This document shows positions 44,109-58,487 of a stretch of 64,000 nt of DNA, one piece after another. The notes under the pieces were generated by a model. The model saw nothing but the letters and a program-made list of their open reading frames with translations, was not told where the DNA came from and made no database searches. The stretch is from Octopus vulgaris. Its lineage: Eukaryota. The first letter of the stretch is position 1, and each line of letters starts with the position of its first letter. The stretch is taken from contig OX597835.1 in assembly GCA_951406725.2 (NCBI GenBank), positions 20,832,001 through 20,896,000 on the forward strand, read 5' to 3'. The translations under genes and the position numbers were made by a program.

Positions 44109-44139
44109 ACACACACACACGTGCATATATACATACATA

Positions 44140-44502
44140 GGCGTAGGAGTGGCTGCGTGGTAAGTAGCTTGCTAACCAACTACATGGTTCCGGGTTCAGT
44201 CCCACTGCGTGGCACCTTGGGCAAGTGTCTTCTGCTATAGCCCCGGGCCTACCAGTGGCTTGTGAGTGGATTTGGTAGACGGAAACTAAAAGAAGCCTGT
44301 CGTATATATGTATATATATATTTATGTATGTGTGTGTGTGTTTGTGTGTCTGTGTTTGATCCCCAAGCATTGCTTGACAACCGATGCTGGTGTATTTACG
44401 TCCCCGTCACTTAGCGGTTCGGCAATAGAGACCGATAGAATAAGGGCTTACAAACAATAAGTCACGGGATCGATTTGCTCGACTAAAGGCGGTGCTCCAG
44501 CA
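44140..44502 (+). mobile_element. SINE family A
   Basis: Full head and body; tail clipped. Confidence 0.9.
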
Positions 44503-44505
44503 GAG

Positions 44506-44566
<61 letters not shown>

Positions 44567-44682
44567 TAAGGACAACTACTTAATAAGGAAAACTTAACAA
44601 GAAATTGTCAGGTAGATAGCGTAAAAACCTCATAAGAGAAAAAATTTCGAAAATAATTATTTCTTATTGAACATATTAATTT

Positions 44683-44849
44683 ATATATATAGAGGGCATT
44701 ATACATACATGCCAGAAGGCATTATATATACATGCCAAACGCTAAGAGGGACAATTAGTCATTTCTAGTCATTTGGTAGAAATGACTAATTGTCCCTCTT
44801 AGCGTTTGGCATGTATATATAATGCCTTCTGGCATGTATGTATAATGCC

Positions 44850-44861
<12 letters not shown>
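44683..44861. repeat. Perfect fold-back, ~85-bp arms with 9-bp spacer, in (TA)n
   Basis: 44683-44767 vs 44777-44861. Confidence 0.9.
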
Positions 44862-44899
<38 letters not shown>

Positions 44900-44954
44900 G
44901 TATATATATATACATTTTACAATATCTCAGAGAGATTTGTGCAGTAGTGGTACG

Positions 44955-45090
44955 ATAAAATAGTTGTATACTGTCAATTTAATGTGGCAGTCCCAAGAAG
45001 GGAATCATTCTACTGCTATTTAGCCCTAGGCAAAGTATGATTCCCTTTATGGGACTACCATATTAAATTGACAGTATACAACTACTTTAT
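44955..45090. repeat. Fold-back with ~54-bp arms, next to (TA)n
   Basis: 44955-45008 vs 45037-45090; distantly similar to the 21555 arm. Confidence 0.85.
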
Positions 45091-45091
45091 A

Positions 45092-45175
<84 letters not shown>

Positions 45176-45509
45176 TGTATATATGTATGTATGGTGAATC
45201 CCATTTAATTTTTTTTAAACCTTAATTCGACATAGTAGCCGGATTGTTAGCACGCCGAACAAAAATCTCGGTTAGATTTCTTCTGGTTTTATTGCCTGAG
45301 TTCAAATGTCACCGAAGTCAACTTTCCTTTCCATTACCTCACCAAAATCAACATCAGATGAACATAGGTAGTCTCCTTCTCACAAAATCCCCGTGCTTTC
45401 CCGCATAAAATATAAAACTTACTTCGCAGTGTTGTCTTGCATTAATAATAGTGCCTCTCCGACTGTAGTCAAATCTCTTATTCATTCTCTTATAAATCAC
45501 TCTTTCAAG

Positions 45510-46096
45510 TGGCGAGCTGGCAGGAATGTTGACGCGACGGGCGAAATGCTTAGCGTTATTTCGTCTGCCATTACGTTCTGAGTTCAAATCCCGCCGAGGT
45601 CGACTTTGCCTTTCATTCTTTCGGGGTCGATTAACTAAGTACCAGTTACGCTCTGGGGTCGATATAATCGACTTCATCCGTTTGTCTGTCCTTGTTTGTC
45701 CTGTCTGTGTTCAGCCCCTTGTGGGTAGTAAAGAATTAGGTATTTCGTCTGCCGCTACGTTCTGAGTTCAAATTCTGCCGAGGTCGACTTTGCATTTCAT
45801 CCTTTCGGGGTCGATTAAATAAGTACCAGTTACGCTCTGGGGTCGATATAATCGACTTCATCCGTTTGTCTGTCCTTGTTTGTCCTCTCTGTGTTTAGCC
45901 CCTTGTGGGTAGTAAAGAAATAGGTATTTCGTCTGCCGCTACGTTCTGAGTTCAAATTCCGCCGAGGTCGACTTTGCCTTTCATCCTTTCGGGGTCGATT
46001 AAATAAGTACCAGTTACGCACTAGGATCGATGTAGCCGATTAAATCCCTTTGTCTGTCCTTGTTTGTCCCCTCTATGTTTAGCCCCTTGTGGGCAA
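45510..46096 (+). mobile_element. SINE family B with three 184-bp body units
   Basis: tatttcgtctg at 45557, 45741, 45925. Confidence 0.9.
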
Positions 46097-46100
46097 TTTA

Positions 46101-46178
46101 TATTGCTCTACATAATTTTGAGGCCCTTATGGCGAAAACCACTTAAAGTCTTATTAAAGTTACCATATTTCTTTCCAT

Positions 46179-46226
<48 letters not shown>

Positions 46227-46248
46227 CACCACTACTATTACTACTACA

Positions 46249-46285
<37 letters not shown>

Positions 46286-46454
46286 TATTGCTCTACATAA
46301 TTTTGAGACCATTATGGCGAAAACCACTTAAACTCTTATTAAAGTTACCATACTTCTTTCCCTTATTACTACTACTACTACTACTACTACCACTACCACC
46401 ACCACCACCACCACCACTATTACTACTACTACAACTACTACTACTATTACAACA

Positions 46455-46490
<36 letters not shown>
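46101..46490. repeat. Two-copy 185-bp duplication including (CTA)n/(CCA)n
   Basis: tattgctctacataattttgag at 46101 and 46286. Confidence 0.9.
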
Positions 46491-46493
<3 letters not shown>

Positions 46494-47078
46494 GCTGTTA
46501 CGGTTGTTGTTAAGCTCGTGGACTGGAAGAACCTTTTTATGTGGCGAACACAATGTTTTGCTTTCTTAAATACGATTTGCGCTCTGAACAAAATTCCGAA
46601 CGAGGTCGACGTTACATTTCCTTTATCCGGCGGCTATGAATAAACTATTTTTTGTCACTTAGTCTGATCGAAATAATCAACTTTTTCCTCTCGTTTAATA
46701 TAATGGAGGTGTCTAACAGCAGACAAGTTGCCAATAAAATGCTTCGTGCAACCTCGAAAACCCCGCGTGAAATTTTTAGTGAACCTGACGCTATGTTAAA
46801 AGGTATATGCTAAATGTGCAGCGTGGTGGGATCGAACGTGGAACTGCATGACTTCGAAGCAAGTTTCTTAGACATTCAGCTCTCCTTGTGCTCTTTGATG
46901 ATGGTTTTAAAGTAGGAATTTGTACTAAACGTTTCATTTTAGATATTTTATCAGGACATACTTTTAAATCATATTTCAAAGGTTAAATAAATGTTTTGAA
47001 AGGTTAGAGGAAAGGGCCAGAGTTTGTTAGTGTATGTAAACGCATGAACGTATGTATTTCTGCGTGTGTCAGGTATGG

Positions 47079-47115
<37 letters not shown>

Positions 47116-48169
47116 GCGTGTGTGTGTGCACGAGCGTGCGTATGTGTGTCAGTTTGAGTTTTAATTTCAAAGGTTAGATCAATAAATTAAAAACAACAAA
47201 CCTATTTTAGAACTTGGTTGAAGTTTTTCATTTCTCTCTCCCCCCCTCTCTCTCTCTCTCTCTCAACCCTCTCTCTCTCTCTCTCTCTCTCTCTCGTCCT
47301 CTCTTTCTATCTCTCTCTACCGTGAAATTATGGATGCGAAAACCACTAGAATTCTCACCTAAAGTTACAATATTTCTCTCCCTTTTTAAGTACTCTTCCA
47401 TTTATCTGCAACCTGATCTCTCACGATCTCTTTATCTTGATATTTCTAACATGAAAAAGTCATGGATATTTTCCTCGTCTTTTACATTATTTTCCTTTTG
47501 ATGCTTTTTGACTATAATTTCAAACAATATTCAAAGGAATATGAAAGGAAAATTCTGCCATTTGAAATGAAAGCACTTTCTTAAAACATGTATTCTATTT
47601 CCAAAAATAAATATGGTGCAAAGACATAACAGATGCCCACTACGAATTGTATTTGCCTTCTTATCTCCCTTTGAACATATATCGTTGTTTTCTAGTTGTT
47701 GTTGTTGTATTTATTGTTTTTATCTCCCGGTCAACTCCGGTTGAACAGACTTGTGATCATATCGAAGATTTTATAATCGTATCCATCCCATAGCTATCTT
47801 CGTTTTCGTTTTATTCTTTAGATATCATTCGAAGAGGAATTTATTGGAGCCGCATGGTGTGACTTTGGCAAGTGTTGGCTGCTATGTCTTTGCTTGGGGC
47901 AATGTTAAAGTCTTGGTGTGAATAAAAACACCTACACCGGTTCTCTTCAAATATAGGCATAATCCCGTCAGATATTACACGGATATCTGCAGGCGAGAGA
48001 AGATGGTGGTGAAGATGTTTAGTGGACGAAATTACTGTTGAAATACACATTTAACTATATTTGTGTAATATGAGGAGGGCTATTGGGAGAAGATATTACA
48101 ATTGCTCTACAAATTTAGAACACGTTTCCTTTGTTAACAAAAACAATAATATACTGCGTACAAGTGTGG

Positions 48170-48460
48170 TTGCTGAACACTTTTTGATCTCCATGTGTCT
48201 AACACACGTGGACATACCTATAAAGTCAGAAAACAGCACAGCTCCCATGACTTTCGGAAACATTTTTTCACGCTCAGAGTTGCTGAAGCATGGAATAAAC
48301 TGCCTGCGTCAGTTGTTGACTGCGTCAGTTGTTGACTGCCATGACTTTAAGGCCCTCATGCTTTCCGAAATCCGCCGAAATTACACCTGATTATATATAC
48401 ACTTTAGATGAGTTGTAGTGCAACTGAGCACTGTACACAATTATTATTATTATTATTATT
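48170..48460 (+). mobile_element. CR1-clade LINE 3' end
   Basis: NTRGHTYKVRKQHSSHDFRKHFFTLRVAEAWNKLPASVVDC; (ATT)n tail. Confidence 0.85.
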
Positions 48461-48841
48461 TTAACAAATTCACTCCGTAAACTCGTAAGTTGAAGTACGG
48501 CAGGACACTAAATTGAAGCACATATTTTACACATTGTGACTGAAAATTGGAAGCAGACAACCTGACAGAAATCCGTCTTGTTTATATTATCCTCTTGTAG
48601 TGGGATGCATTTTTTCTGGAGGAAGAATATCGCCGAATCTTTCATTTTAATTCTCAGGAAAATATAATTTTGTACAGCAACAGGTCGAACTTTACTTTAT
48701 AAGTAATCTAAAGTCATACTTTGTAAACGGAATATAAGTAGATGGAAACTATTCAAAGGTACACCTTCGTTAGAATATACCACATCCGAGTGTTACACAA
48801 CATATTATTGGGAATTTATATATATATATATAAATAATAAT

Positions 48842-48927
<86 letters not shown>

Positions 48928-48930
<3 letters not shown>

Positions 48931-49037
48931 CGTGCTTGCTTAGCTAGCGGGGTGGCGTCATCTGAAGGCTAAAAAACAATGCGAACCGCATTGTGACCAG
49001 CGATGTGTAGTAACATCTGATAGCCTGGTCGGTCACG

Positions 49038-49042
<5 letters not shown>
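48928..49042 (+). mobile_element. Short unclassified insert within (TA)n
   Basis: 115-bp GC-richer cassette with pure (TA)n on both sides; gtgacc...ggtcac inverted motif near its end. Confidence 0.5.
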
Positions 49043-49095
<53 letters not shown>

Positions 49096-49434
49096 TATAA
49101 ATTTAATAATTAATTTAATTTTTTTTTTAATTTTAACTTTGAATTTAAATATTTTAAATTCTGAATATTATATTTTATATATTTTGTATTTTACATTTTA
49201 TTTCTATATTTTGGTTTATGTTTTTCACTGTTTGATTTGCCTAATAGTGGTTTTATCTCTATTTTAATATATATATACATATATAGATATATATATAATT
49301 GTGTTGTTTGTCTTGTTTTTCACTTGCGTTTTTCGCTGTTCGAAGAAATAGTTCATATTCCATGTACTCGTACTCCGTATTTTTGGTGTATACGTTTCGC
49401 GACGTCCTCTAGCCACATATGCATATATATATAT

Positions 49435-49506
<72 letters not shown>

Positions 49507-49508
49507 GT

Positions 49509-49553
<45 letters not shown>

Positions 49554-49569
49554 AGTATGTTCATATGTG

Positions 49570-49965
49570 AAGGCGCGTGGCTTAGTGGTTAGGGTGTCAG
49601 CATCATGACTGTAAGATTGTGGTTTCAATTCCTGGACTGGGCGATGCATTGTGTTCTTGAGCAAAACACTTCATTTCACGTTGCTTCAGTCCACTCAGGT
49701 GGCAAAAATGAGTAACGCTGCGATGGACTGGCGTCCCCTCCAGCTGATACCGAGAAACCAGAAAGAGCGCTAGTGGAGGCACATGGCCTGGTGGTTAGAG
49801 CAGCGGACATGTTTATGAGCGAAACACCTAAGCTCCACGCGGCTCCGGCAGAAGGTAATGGCGAACTTTTGCTGACTCTTTCGCCACAACTTTCTCTCAC
49901 TATTTCCTCCTGCACCTTGTAGTTCACCTGCGACAGGGGAACTTATACGCCAAGGAAACCAGGAC
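49570..49965 (+). mobile_element. SINE D (49570-49762) followed by SINE C head joined to a D-type tail (49773-49965)
   Basis: Homology to 39093-39337 and to the reverse complement of 37240-37429. Confidence 0.75.
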
Positions 49966-50186
49966 AATAAACGATGTGTGGGGGCATACGTACGTGCGTA
50001 TGGTAAAAGAGTTGGAGGGTGGTCGAAAGAGAAAGCGAGAAGAGAAGTATATTCGAATATATGGCTTGGCAAATACATATAAACTCAGACAGATACCCAT
50101 CCCTCTATCTCTCCCTTTCCTCCTCTCTATACGTATGTACGTATACTTGTATATATAATTATATGCGTGTGATTATACACATGTAC

Positions 50187-50252
<66 letters not shown>

Positions 50253-50254
50253 AC

Positions 50255-50303
<49 letters not shown>

Positions 50304-51386
50304 TGTGTGTCTGTGTGCGTATGTATATGTGTGTACATATATGTGATTATTTGTCTGCATATGCGGAATTATCTATTTATTTATTTATTTATTTAGCGCT
50401 GTGTATATATGTGTACCGGAGTGTGTATATATCTGACAGTGGATAAGAAACTGGCCAACAAATAGCTAAGGAATTAAATAAGGCCATTAGTACGAAAGAA
50501 GTTAGAGAATGCGAATGTATTTAATGCCATAACTTTATTTCAAAAACATTATGGCTAATATCGGTTGAGGAATATTTGCTTCTCTACGTTCATTTGTCTA
50601 AAGAAATACAACAGCTTTCTCTGTGGAATTTAGCTAATGGTAGCTAGTTTTATTTGTGTATTTATTTTAAGTTTTCGTTGATTTATTTTTATTTTTACTT
50701 TATTCAACTTTCGATATTTTGGGATTTGTGCTCTGTTTTATTTTAAATATCGACCGTTCTGTCTTCTTTTTTTTTTTCCTTGATAATATCGACTTTACTT
50801 GAATATGACTTAAATGTATTGTTGTTGTTAGTTTTCGTTCTGTTATTGTTGTTGTTGTTCTTAAGTTTTTAGCAGTCGATGCTTGTTGTCTTCGCTGTTG
50901 CCCCTACTCCTGTTCGATTCCGACTTAGTAGACACGTTGTGGCTCCGACTACTTGACAAACATAGGATGTGATTTGCGGCCCCAGCATTCTCGATGAAAC
51001 ACTTTTCTTTCTGGTTGACCCTGTGGTTGGCTGGAACCAACATATCTATGATCAAATACATTCCATCCCATGACATCGTATCTTGTACTTTTCAAAGTGC
51101 ATGCTTTTGCTTTCAAATTTTTACCGAAAATCTGAGGGATAAATTGATTTGTATTATGCTAATGGCTACCCACATCTACTGCATATATATATATATATAT
51201 ATACATATATATAAGTTCAGCAAAATTTAGATTCAGATGAATATGGTACTTAAGTCAAAGGCACCAGAATTTTGTATGGTATTATTCATATAATTCAAAA
51301 TGGGGTGATTACAATCAAAATAAGCAACAAGTATATCCGAGGTAATGTGGTACGATCGCTTCATGCTTTCTTCATTTTATTAAACA

Positions 51387-51434
<48 letters not shown>

Positions 51435-51439
<5 letters not shown>

Positions 51440-51585
51440 TATAAACAAGGGCAAAAGAAAAAGATTTGTATGCCAATATGTATTCATGGTGAATGATTAT
51501 CGTAACGTGTTGATTGACGATTTAAAGTCTATTCTCAGCATATTGGCATAGACATATTTCTTCTTTTGCCCTTGTTTATAATTGT
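51435..51585. repeat. Fold-back with ~46-bp arms, next to (TA)n
   Basis: 51435-51480 vs 51539-51585. Confidence 0.85.
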
Positions 51586-51669
51586 TTATAATTTTCACAT
51601 TTAAAGGTATTTTAATATGGTGCCACTTTGATGAAATTTTTTTTGAAAAACTTTTATCCTATATTAGAA

Positions 51670-51825
51670 GTAGTGGCTGCGTGGTAAGTATTTTGCTTAC
51701 CAAATACGCGGTTCCGGGTTCAGTCCAACTGTGTGGTACCTTGAGCAAGTGTCTCCAACTACAGCCTCGGGTCGACCAAATCCTTGCGATTGGATTTGGT
51801 AGATGGAAACTGAAAGAAGCCTGTC

Positions 51826-51869
<44 letters not shown>

Positions 51870-52173
51870 AAATATTAGGGAATAAATCCAAACTTACAGG
51901 GATTGAATCCAATTTTATAGTAAAATATTATATTATATTAAATTAGAGATAAAACCACTATTAGGCAAATCGAACAATGAAAAACTTAAGCTAATACATA
52001 AAGTTAATTAATTTATATCATTTTAAATATATATCAAAATTATTAAAAGTTTAATAAAAGATAAACTTTTAATAATTTTGATATATATTTAAAATAATAT
52101 AAATTAATTAATTTTATGTATTGGCTTAAGCTTTTCATTGTTTGATTTGCCTAATCGTGGTTTTATCTCTAAT

Positions 52174-52229
<56 letters not shown>

Positions 52230-52459
52230 ATGTGTGTATATGTTTGTGTGTCTGTGTTTGCCCCCCCCCCCCCCAACATCACTTGACAACAGATGCTGGT
52301 GTGTTTACATCCCCGTAACTTAGCGGTTCGGCTTAAGAGACTGATAGAATAAGTACTAGGCTTACAAAAAATAAGTCCTGAGGTTGATTTGCTCGACTAA
52401 AAGGCGGTGCTCCAGCATGGTCGCAGTCAAATGACTGAAACAAGTAAAAGATTTAAAGA

Positions 52460-52460
<1 letters not shown>
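51670..52460 (+). mobile_element. SINE family A split by an insertion into its internal (TA)n
   Basis: Head 51670-51830, tail 52220-52460. Confidence 0.85.
51935..52180. repeat. Fold-back with ~119-bp arms inside the SINE A microsatellite
   Basis: 51935-52053 vs 52062-52180; same terminus recurs at 49220-49270. Confidence 0.9.
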
Positions 52461-52527
<67 letters not shown>

Positions 52528-52764
52528 TATGGAGCTAATTTAGGGTGTGAGCTCTATCGTACGACTGCGCTCGTTCTGAAGGAAATGTTTATATAAATCT
52601 TCTTTGAGATTTGATGATAAATGTACATAGGGTGGGACAAATGTAGACCGCGTAGCTTTAAAAAGGTACGGGTATAGTACTCATTTCTACTCGTGTACCA
52701 GTATGATATTTATGAGACAATTACTCTTGTTGTTGTCACATATGTTATGGGAAATGAGATAAGT

Positions 52765-52930
52765 CGATCAGGTTGACCCCAGTACTCAACGTGTACTTAT
52801 TTTATCGAACCCCAAAAGATGAAAGGCAAAGTCACCTTCGGCGGTATTTGAACTCAGAACGTAAAAACGAAAATCCGCTAAGCAGTTTCTTTTTTCCGGC
52901 GTGCTAATTAGTTCTGCCACATCACCGCCC
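52765..52930 (-). mobile_element. Diverged SINE B
   Basis: gatgaaaggcaaagtc...tttgaactcagaacg...accgcc. Confidence 0.75.
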
Positions 52931-53039
<109 letters not shown>

Positions 53040-53180
53040 TTTATATGAGATCACCATGTCGCGCCCATATGTTTGTGATGCATGTGCCTGGTGTACCCTT
53101 ATCAGACAGGTAGTGATGATGGATATACTGGCCTTCGTATATTTTACTCCAGTGTCACTTTGATGGCATGCACTACTCTG
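53040..53180 (+). mobile_element. Truncated copy of the (AAT)n-embedded element
   Basis: Reverse complement of 22905-23045; (AAT)n on both sides. Confidence 0.75.
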
Positions 53181-53181
53181 A

Positions 53182-53360
<179 letters not shown>

Positions 53361-53394
53361 AAGAAAAACCGTGTCTACCATAGGCATAAGAGTC

Positions 53395-53584
53395 TGAAAT
53401 TTGGCTGGAAGAGCCCAGTCGATTAGATCGATTTAGGTACGCAACTGGTACTTAATTTGTCGAGCCTGAAAGGATGAAAGGCAAAGTCGACCTCGATGGA
53501 ATTTGAACTTAGAACGTAACGACAGGCGATATTACCGCTAAGCATTCCGTACAGCGTTCTAACGATTCTGCCAGATCGTGGCCT
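53395..53584 (-). mobile_element. Diverged SINE B
   Basis: gaaaggatgaaaggcaaagtcgacctcg...ttctgccag. Confidence 0.8.
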
Positions 53585-53605
53585 TGATAATAATAATATT
53601 AATAT

Positions 53606-53688
<83 letters not shown>

Positions 53689-53721
53689 ATGGTGGTGGTG
53701 GCGGTAGTAGTAGTAGTAGTG

Positions 53722-53776
<55 letters not shown>

Positions 53777-53808
53777 CGGTAGTAGTAGTAGTAGTAGTAG
53801 TAATAATG

Positions 53809-53842
<34 letters not shown>

Positions 53843-53880
53843 TGATGATGATAATGATAATAATAATAATGATGATAATG

Positions 53881-53926
<46 letters not shown>

Positions 53927-53964
53927 TGATGATGATAATGATAATAATAATAATGATGATAATG

Positions 53965-53996
<32 letters not shown>

Positions 53997-53997
53997 A

Positions 53998-54032
<35 letters not shown>

Positions 54033-54096
54033 GATGATGATAATGATAATGATAATAATAATAATGATGATAATGATAATGATAATGATAATAATG

Positions 54097-54128
<32 letters not shown>

Positions 54129-54192
54129 GATGATGATAATGATAATAATGATAATAATGATAATGATAATGATAATAATAATGATAATAATG

Positions 54193-54223
<31 letters not shown>

Positions 54224-54570
54224 AGTTGCCATTGTTAATGGTGTTGATAGGGAGGAAGAGATGGAGAACAAGAAAATGAGGTGTAACGAATACTCAAATT
54301 TGCCACTCTTCAAAATTGAAATATATCCATTAACACCGGTAAAATAATAAGGAACAAAAAAAAATAAGAATAAGAATAACAACAACAACAATAACAATGA
54401 TAATAATAATAATAATAATGATAATAATAATAATAATAATATTAATAATAACAATACTATTAATAATAATAATAATAATAATAATAATTATAATAATAAT
54501 AATATTATTAATAATAACAATAATAATAATAATAATAATAATAATATTAATAATAATAATAATAATAATA

Positions 54571-54648
<78 letters not shown>

Positions 54649-54667
54649 TAGTAATAATAATAATAAC

Positions 54668-54764
<97 letters not shown>

Positions 54765-54787
54765 GTAGTAGTAGTAATAATGATAAT

Positions 54788-54833
<46 letters not shown>

Positions 54834-55930
54834 TTAATAATAATAATAATAATCATAGATGATTATAATGGTGGTGAAATTGATTAAAACGCTGATTGAT
54901 TCCTTCGTAAGTAATACAGTAACTTATTATTTTAATTTTATTGCTCTTGCTATTTGGTTAATAAAACTTATGTCTTCTTAACGTCCTCACTAATTGTCGA
55001 CTACTTCCAGGCCCCCTAACACACCCTCGCGCTGTAATCATATTAACGGAACACGAGCCAAATAACAGCCAGACAATTTAAGCCAATATAAGATATAATA
55101 CGCCATAAAAAACATGAAGTAACTGCATGATTCGACGTGGTGGTCAGTTGCCAATTAATGGAAATGTTATAAAATGTATACTTTTTTATTAACCAAACAG
55201 CAATAAAACTAAAACAATGCAAAAATAGTACTTAGGAAGAAAAAAAACTGTTGAACATTTTAATCTGATGTTTTACGCCGAATTTTAAGTATAAAACTAT
55301 GGAGCGTACTAAAATGCTTCAGTGCACGAAACATATGAACCGGTATCTAATTAAAATAATGGCAATCTAAATAAATGGAGCAATTTTAATTTTAAACATC
55401 CGTAAATTAAAGCAGTAACTGCATCGATGAACAATAAGGGGTATTCGTTTTTAAACTACATGCGTAATTTACAGCTATACCCTTCAATAGCCCAGCCCCA
55501 AAAATGGTGATTGCCATATTATATATGTATAATTTCTGAAGAGAAAATATATGAGTAATCTAAAAATAACTTTCGATATAATGAGTCTGGTTCAAGATGA
55601 TGCATTCTTAAAACCACTATGCATATTTAATCGCGGGAAAATTTAAGGAAACGTGCACAACGGTGGATTTTGCTAGAATTGTTAGATTTTAGAGAATTAT
55701 GTTCTTTCTGTTCTGAGTCTAAATCACGCCGATGTCAACTTTGCATTCAATAATTATCGGATCTATAAAATACGCACCAGTGATGTTGTGCGGTTGGATG
55801 TAATCAAAGTATCCCGTTTTCCAAAATTGTTAAAAGCAACGATACGAAACAACGACTTAGCCTCCATTGTAGTCAATATCGCGCTCAGCCAATGTTCCCC
55901 AGATGATATCACTTTGAAAAGAGTCAAATA

Positions 55931-56497
55931 TTGGGTTGTACAGAAAGTTCGTGCCGATTTTTAGAGGGAAGAAAAAAGGTCAATAAATACATGCCATTAT
56001 ATTTTCAATCAACCAAATATGAACCATTTTGTTACACAATACGTCTCCATCTTTCCTTTAACTTGAAAATACCCTCTTCCCAGAATTGAGATGGTTTCAT
56101 GACAAAGAATTCATCAAGGTATCTTTTTACGCCATCCAAGGAATTGAAATTTTTACCATTAAGACTATTCTGCAGAGACCTGAATAAGTGGAAATCCGAA
56201 GGAGCAATACCTGGTGAATATGGAGGCTGAGGTAACACATCCCAGCCGAGCTGCAGCAATTTTTTTCTGGTTTCCAAAGCATCAAGTGATGAAAATAAAT
56301 TTTCTTATCTTCCAATTTAAAAGGTTACAGAATTAACACGGGTTATAGGAACTAAAACCTTCTTCCACGAAATGATAGCTTAAACCGTGGTCTAAACGGA
56401 GGTGTAGTCAAATCCTATTTTGTGGACTCAACCATGTTCTAAAATAAGTCGAAATCTAAGCTACTATAAATCGGCACGAACTTTCCGGACAACCCAA
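55931..56497 (-). mobile_element. Internally deleted mariner transposon with TIRs and TA TSD
   Basis: TIR ttgggttgt(a/c)c(a/g)gaaagttcgtgccgattt at both ends, TA flanks; N-terminus MEDKKIYFHHLML fused to GWDVLPQPPYSPGIAPSDFHLFRSLQN...GIFKLKERWRRIV. Confidence 0.95.
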
Positions 56498-57527
56498 TAT
56501 ATTAGGGAATGCAGAATAATGTAGACCAAGATATACATTGCACAAAAGAACGATGGAATGTATATAACTGGAGTGTTTCTGATAACAATTCTGCTCAGTT
56601 AATGATTGAGATCAGTTATACTTTGCCACAAGGCAATACACAAGCAACGAAAGTAAATGTATTGCAGATATAAATCATTAAACTTCGGCAATATTAAAAC
56701 AGTGATCGTGACAGCAAAATACAGAAGTGATAAAAGCCACTAAATTATTGAACCATATTATCCATTGATACGAATACTAGTCAGCGATAACTGAGCCACG
56801 AGTATATCCAATCAATATACATATGAATTTGTATACAAAGAAGAGATGCCTAAATCAGCAAATACAACACTGCTTAACTGGGGACGGCGAGGGTTTTCAG
56901 ATTGGCATTTGGGTGCAAAGTATCATTTTCGGTGCTTAACAAATCGGTATCAAGTCTTATAATTCATGAAAAGAAAAACCGTGTGAGACCTTTCAGAAGA
57001 TGTTGCTGTCCGCTCTCACAGAAACCACCGAAGCAAGCAAGATTGAAAGCTTGAAAGCTTGAAGATTATGGGCACCACCCAAACCACTTGGTCGTGCGCC
57101 CTCGAGGATGAATTTAATTATCAAATACGTAACACAGCAATCATACCTGCCACAATGGAAATTGGATATTTGCTGAAAACCTTACTCATGTGTAAATATC
57201 TGAAACCTTATTATCCCCAATATTAATATGATTCTTGAAAATCAGTTTTAAAAAAAATATACAAGAAAAAAGATGGTGTAGAAAAACGCATAACTCAAAC
57301 CTCAGACGTAACACGTTCGTTCAACATACATAATATAGCACAAACTGGCACTGTTGAACATACATTTTCTAGAGTGTTTCTCATGCAATCTTTTTTTTTT
57401 TTCAATTTCCAAGAACAATATATTATGCTATATTATACTACACGTACCGAAAGGCACTCACAGCTGTGTTCAGATTGTGAATGAAAGCACAGCAGTAACA
57501 ATAAACTTGTTGGAATATAAAAAAAAA

Positions 57528-57558
<31 letters not shown>

Positions 57559-57595
57559 TAATAATGATAATAATAATGATAATGATAATAATATA

Positions 57596-57630
<35 letters not shown>

Positions 57631-57647
57631 TGATGATGATGATGATG

Positions 57648-57720
<73 letters not shown>

Positions 57721-58451
57721 CAACAGCAATAAAAATAATAACAGAAACTTTATTACAAAATTCTGACAATAGATAGTAATTTGTCTCCGGTATTCTATTC
57801 GTATTTGAAAAGGATATGAATTTGGTAAATTGCAGTTTGCGACAAGTATGGTAAAAAGCAAAGCCTAGTGAATAAAATGTGATGAAAATTTAACCAAGAA
57901 AAAAAAAAAACATAAACTGGTTGCTGTTGGAGACCGAAATATTGTGCAGTAACATATAGACGATTGGTTTGTAAAGTTCATATAAGTACGTAAAGACGGT
58001 TGACACCTCGCACTTAAGATATGTGCTCCGATAATGGAGTAGAATGTGATTTGATATATATCTTTTCAAAAAAGTCTGCAGTTATTTAGAGATGAAGCAA
58101 TTTTCATCCCACAGGGGGAGGTAGGGTTAATGTACGCTATTGGCAAATGTGTTGCATGAGGAAGTCCCATGATGCGTTGTTTGGTGTGGTATGGTACAAC
58201 AGTGCAGAAGTAACAAAAAATGATGTATATAAAAAAGAAACGAGAGGTGAGAAGAAGGCATTGAGAGAGAGGGAGAGAGAGAGAGAGAGAGAGAGAGAAA
58301 ACAGAGAGAGAGATAGAGAGAGAGAGAGAGGCGGAGAAAACAGAGGGAGAGAGAGAAATGGATAAACAGAGAGAGGAAAAACAGAGAGGGAGAATTGTGT
58401 GTATGCGTATGTGGGTGCGTGTCTATGTGTGCGAATGTGCGTGCATATGTA

Positions 58452-58487
<36 letters not shown>

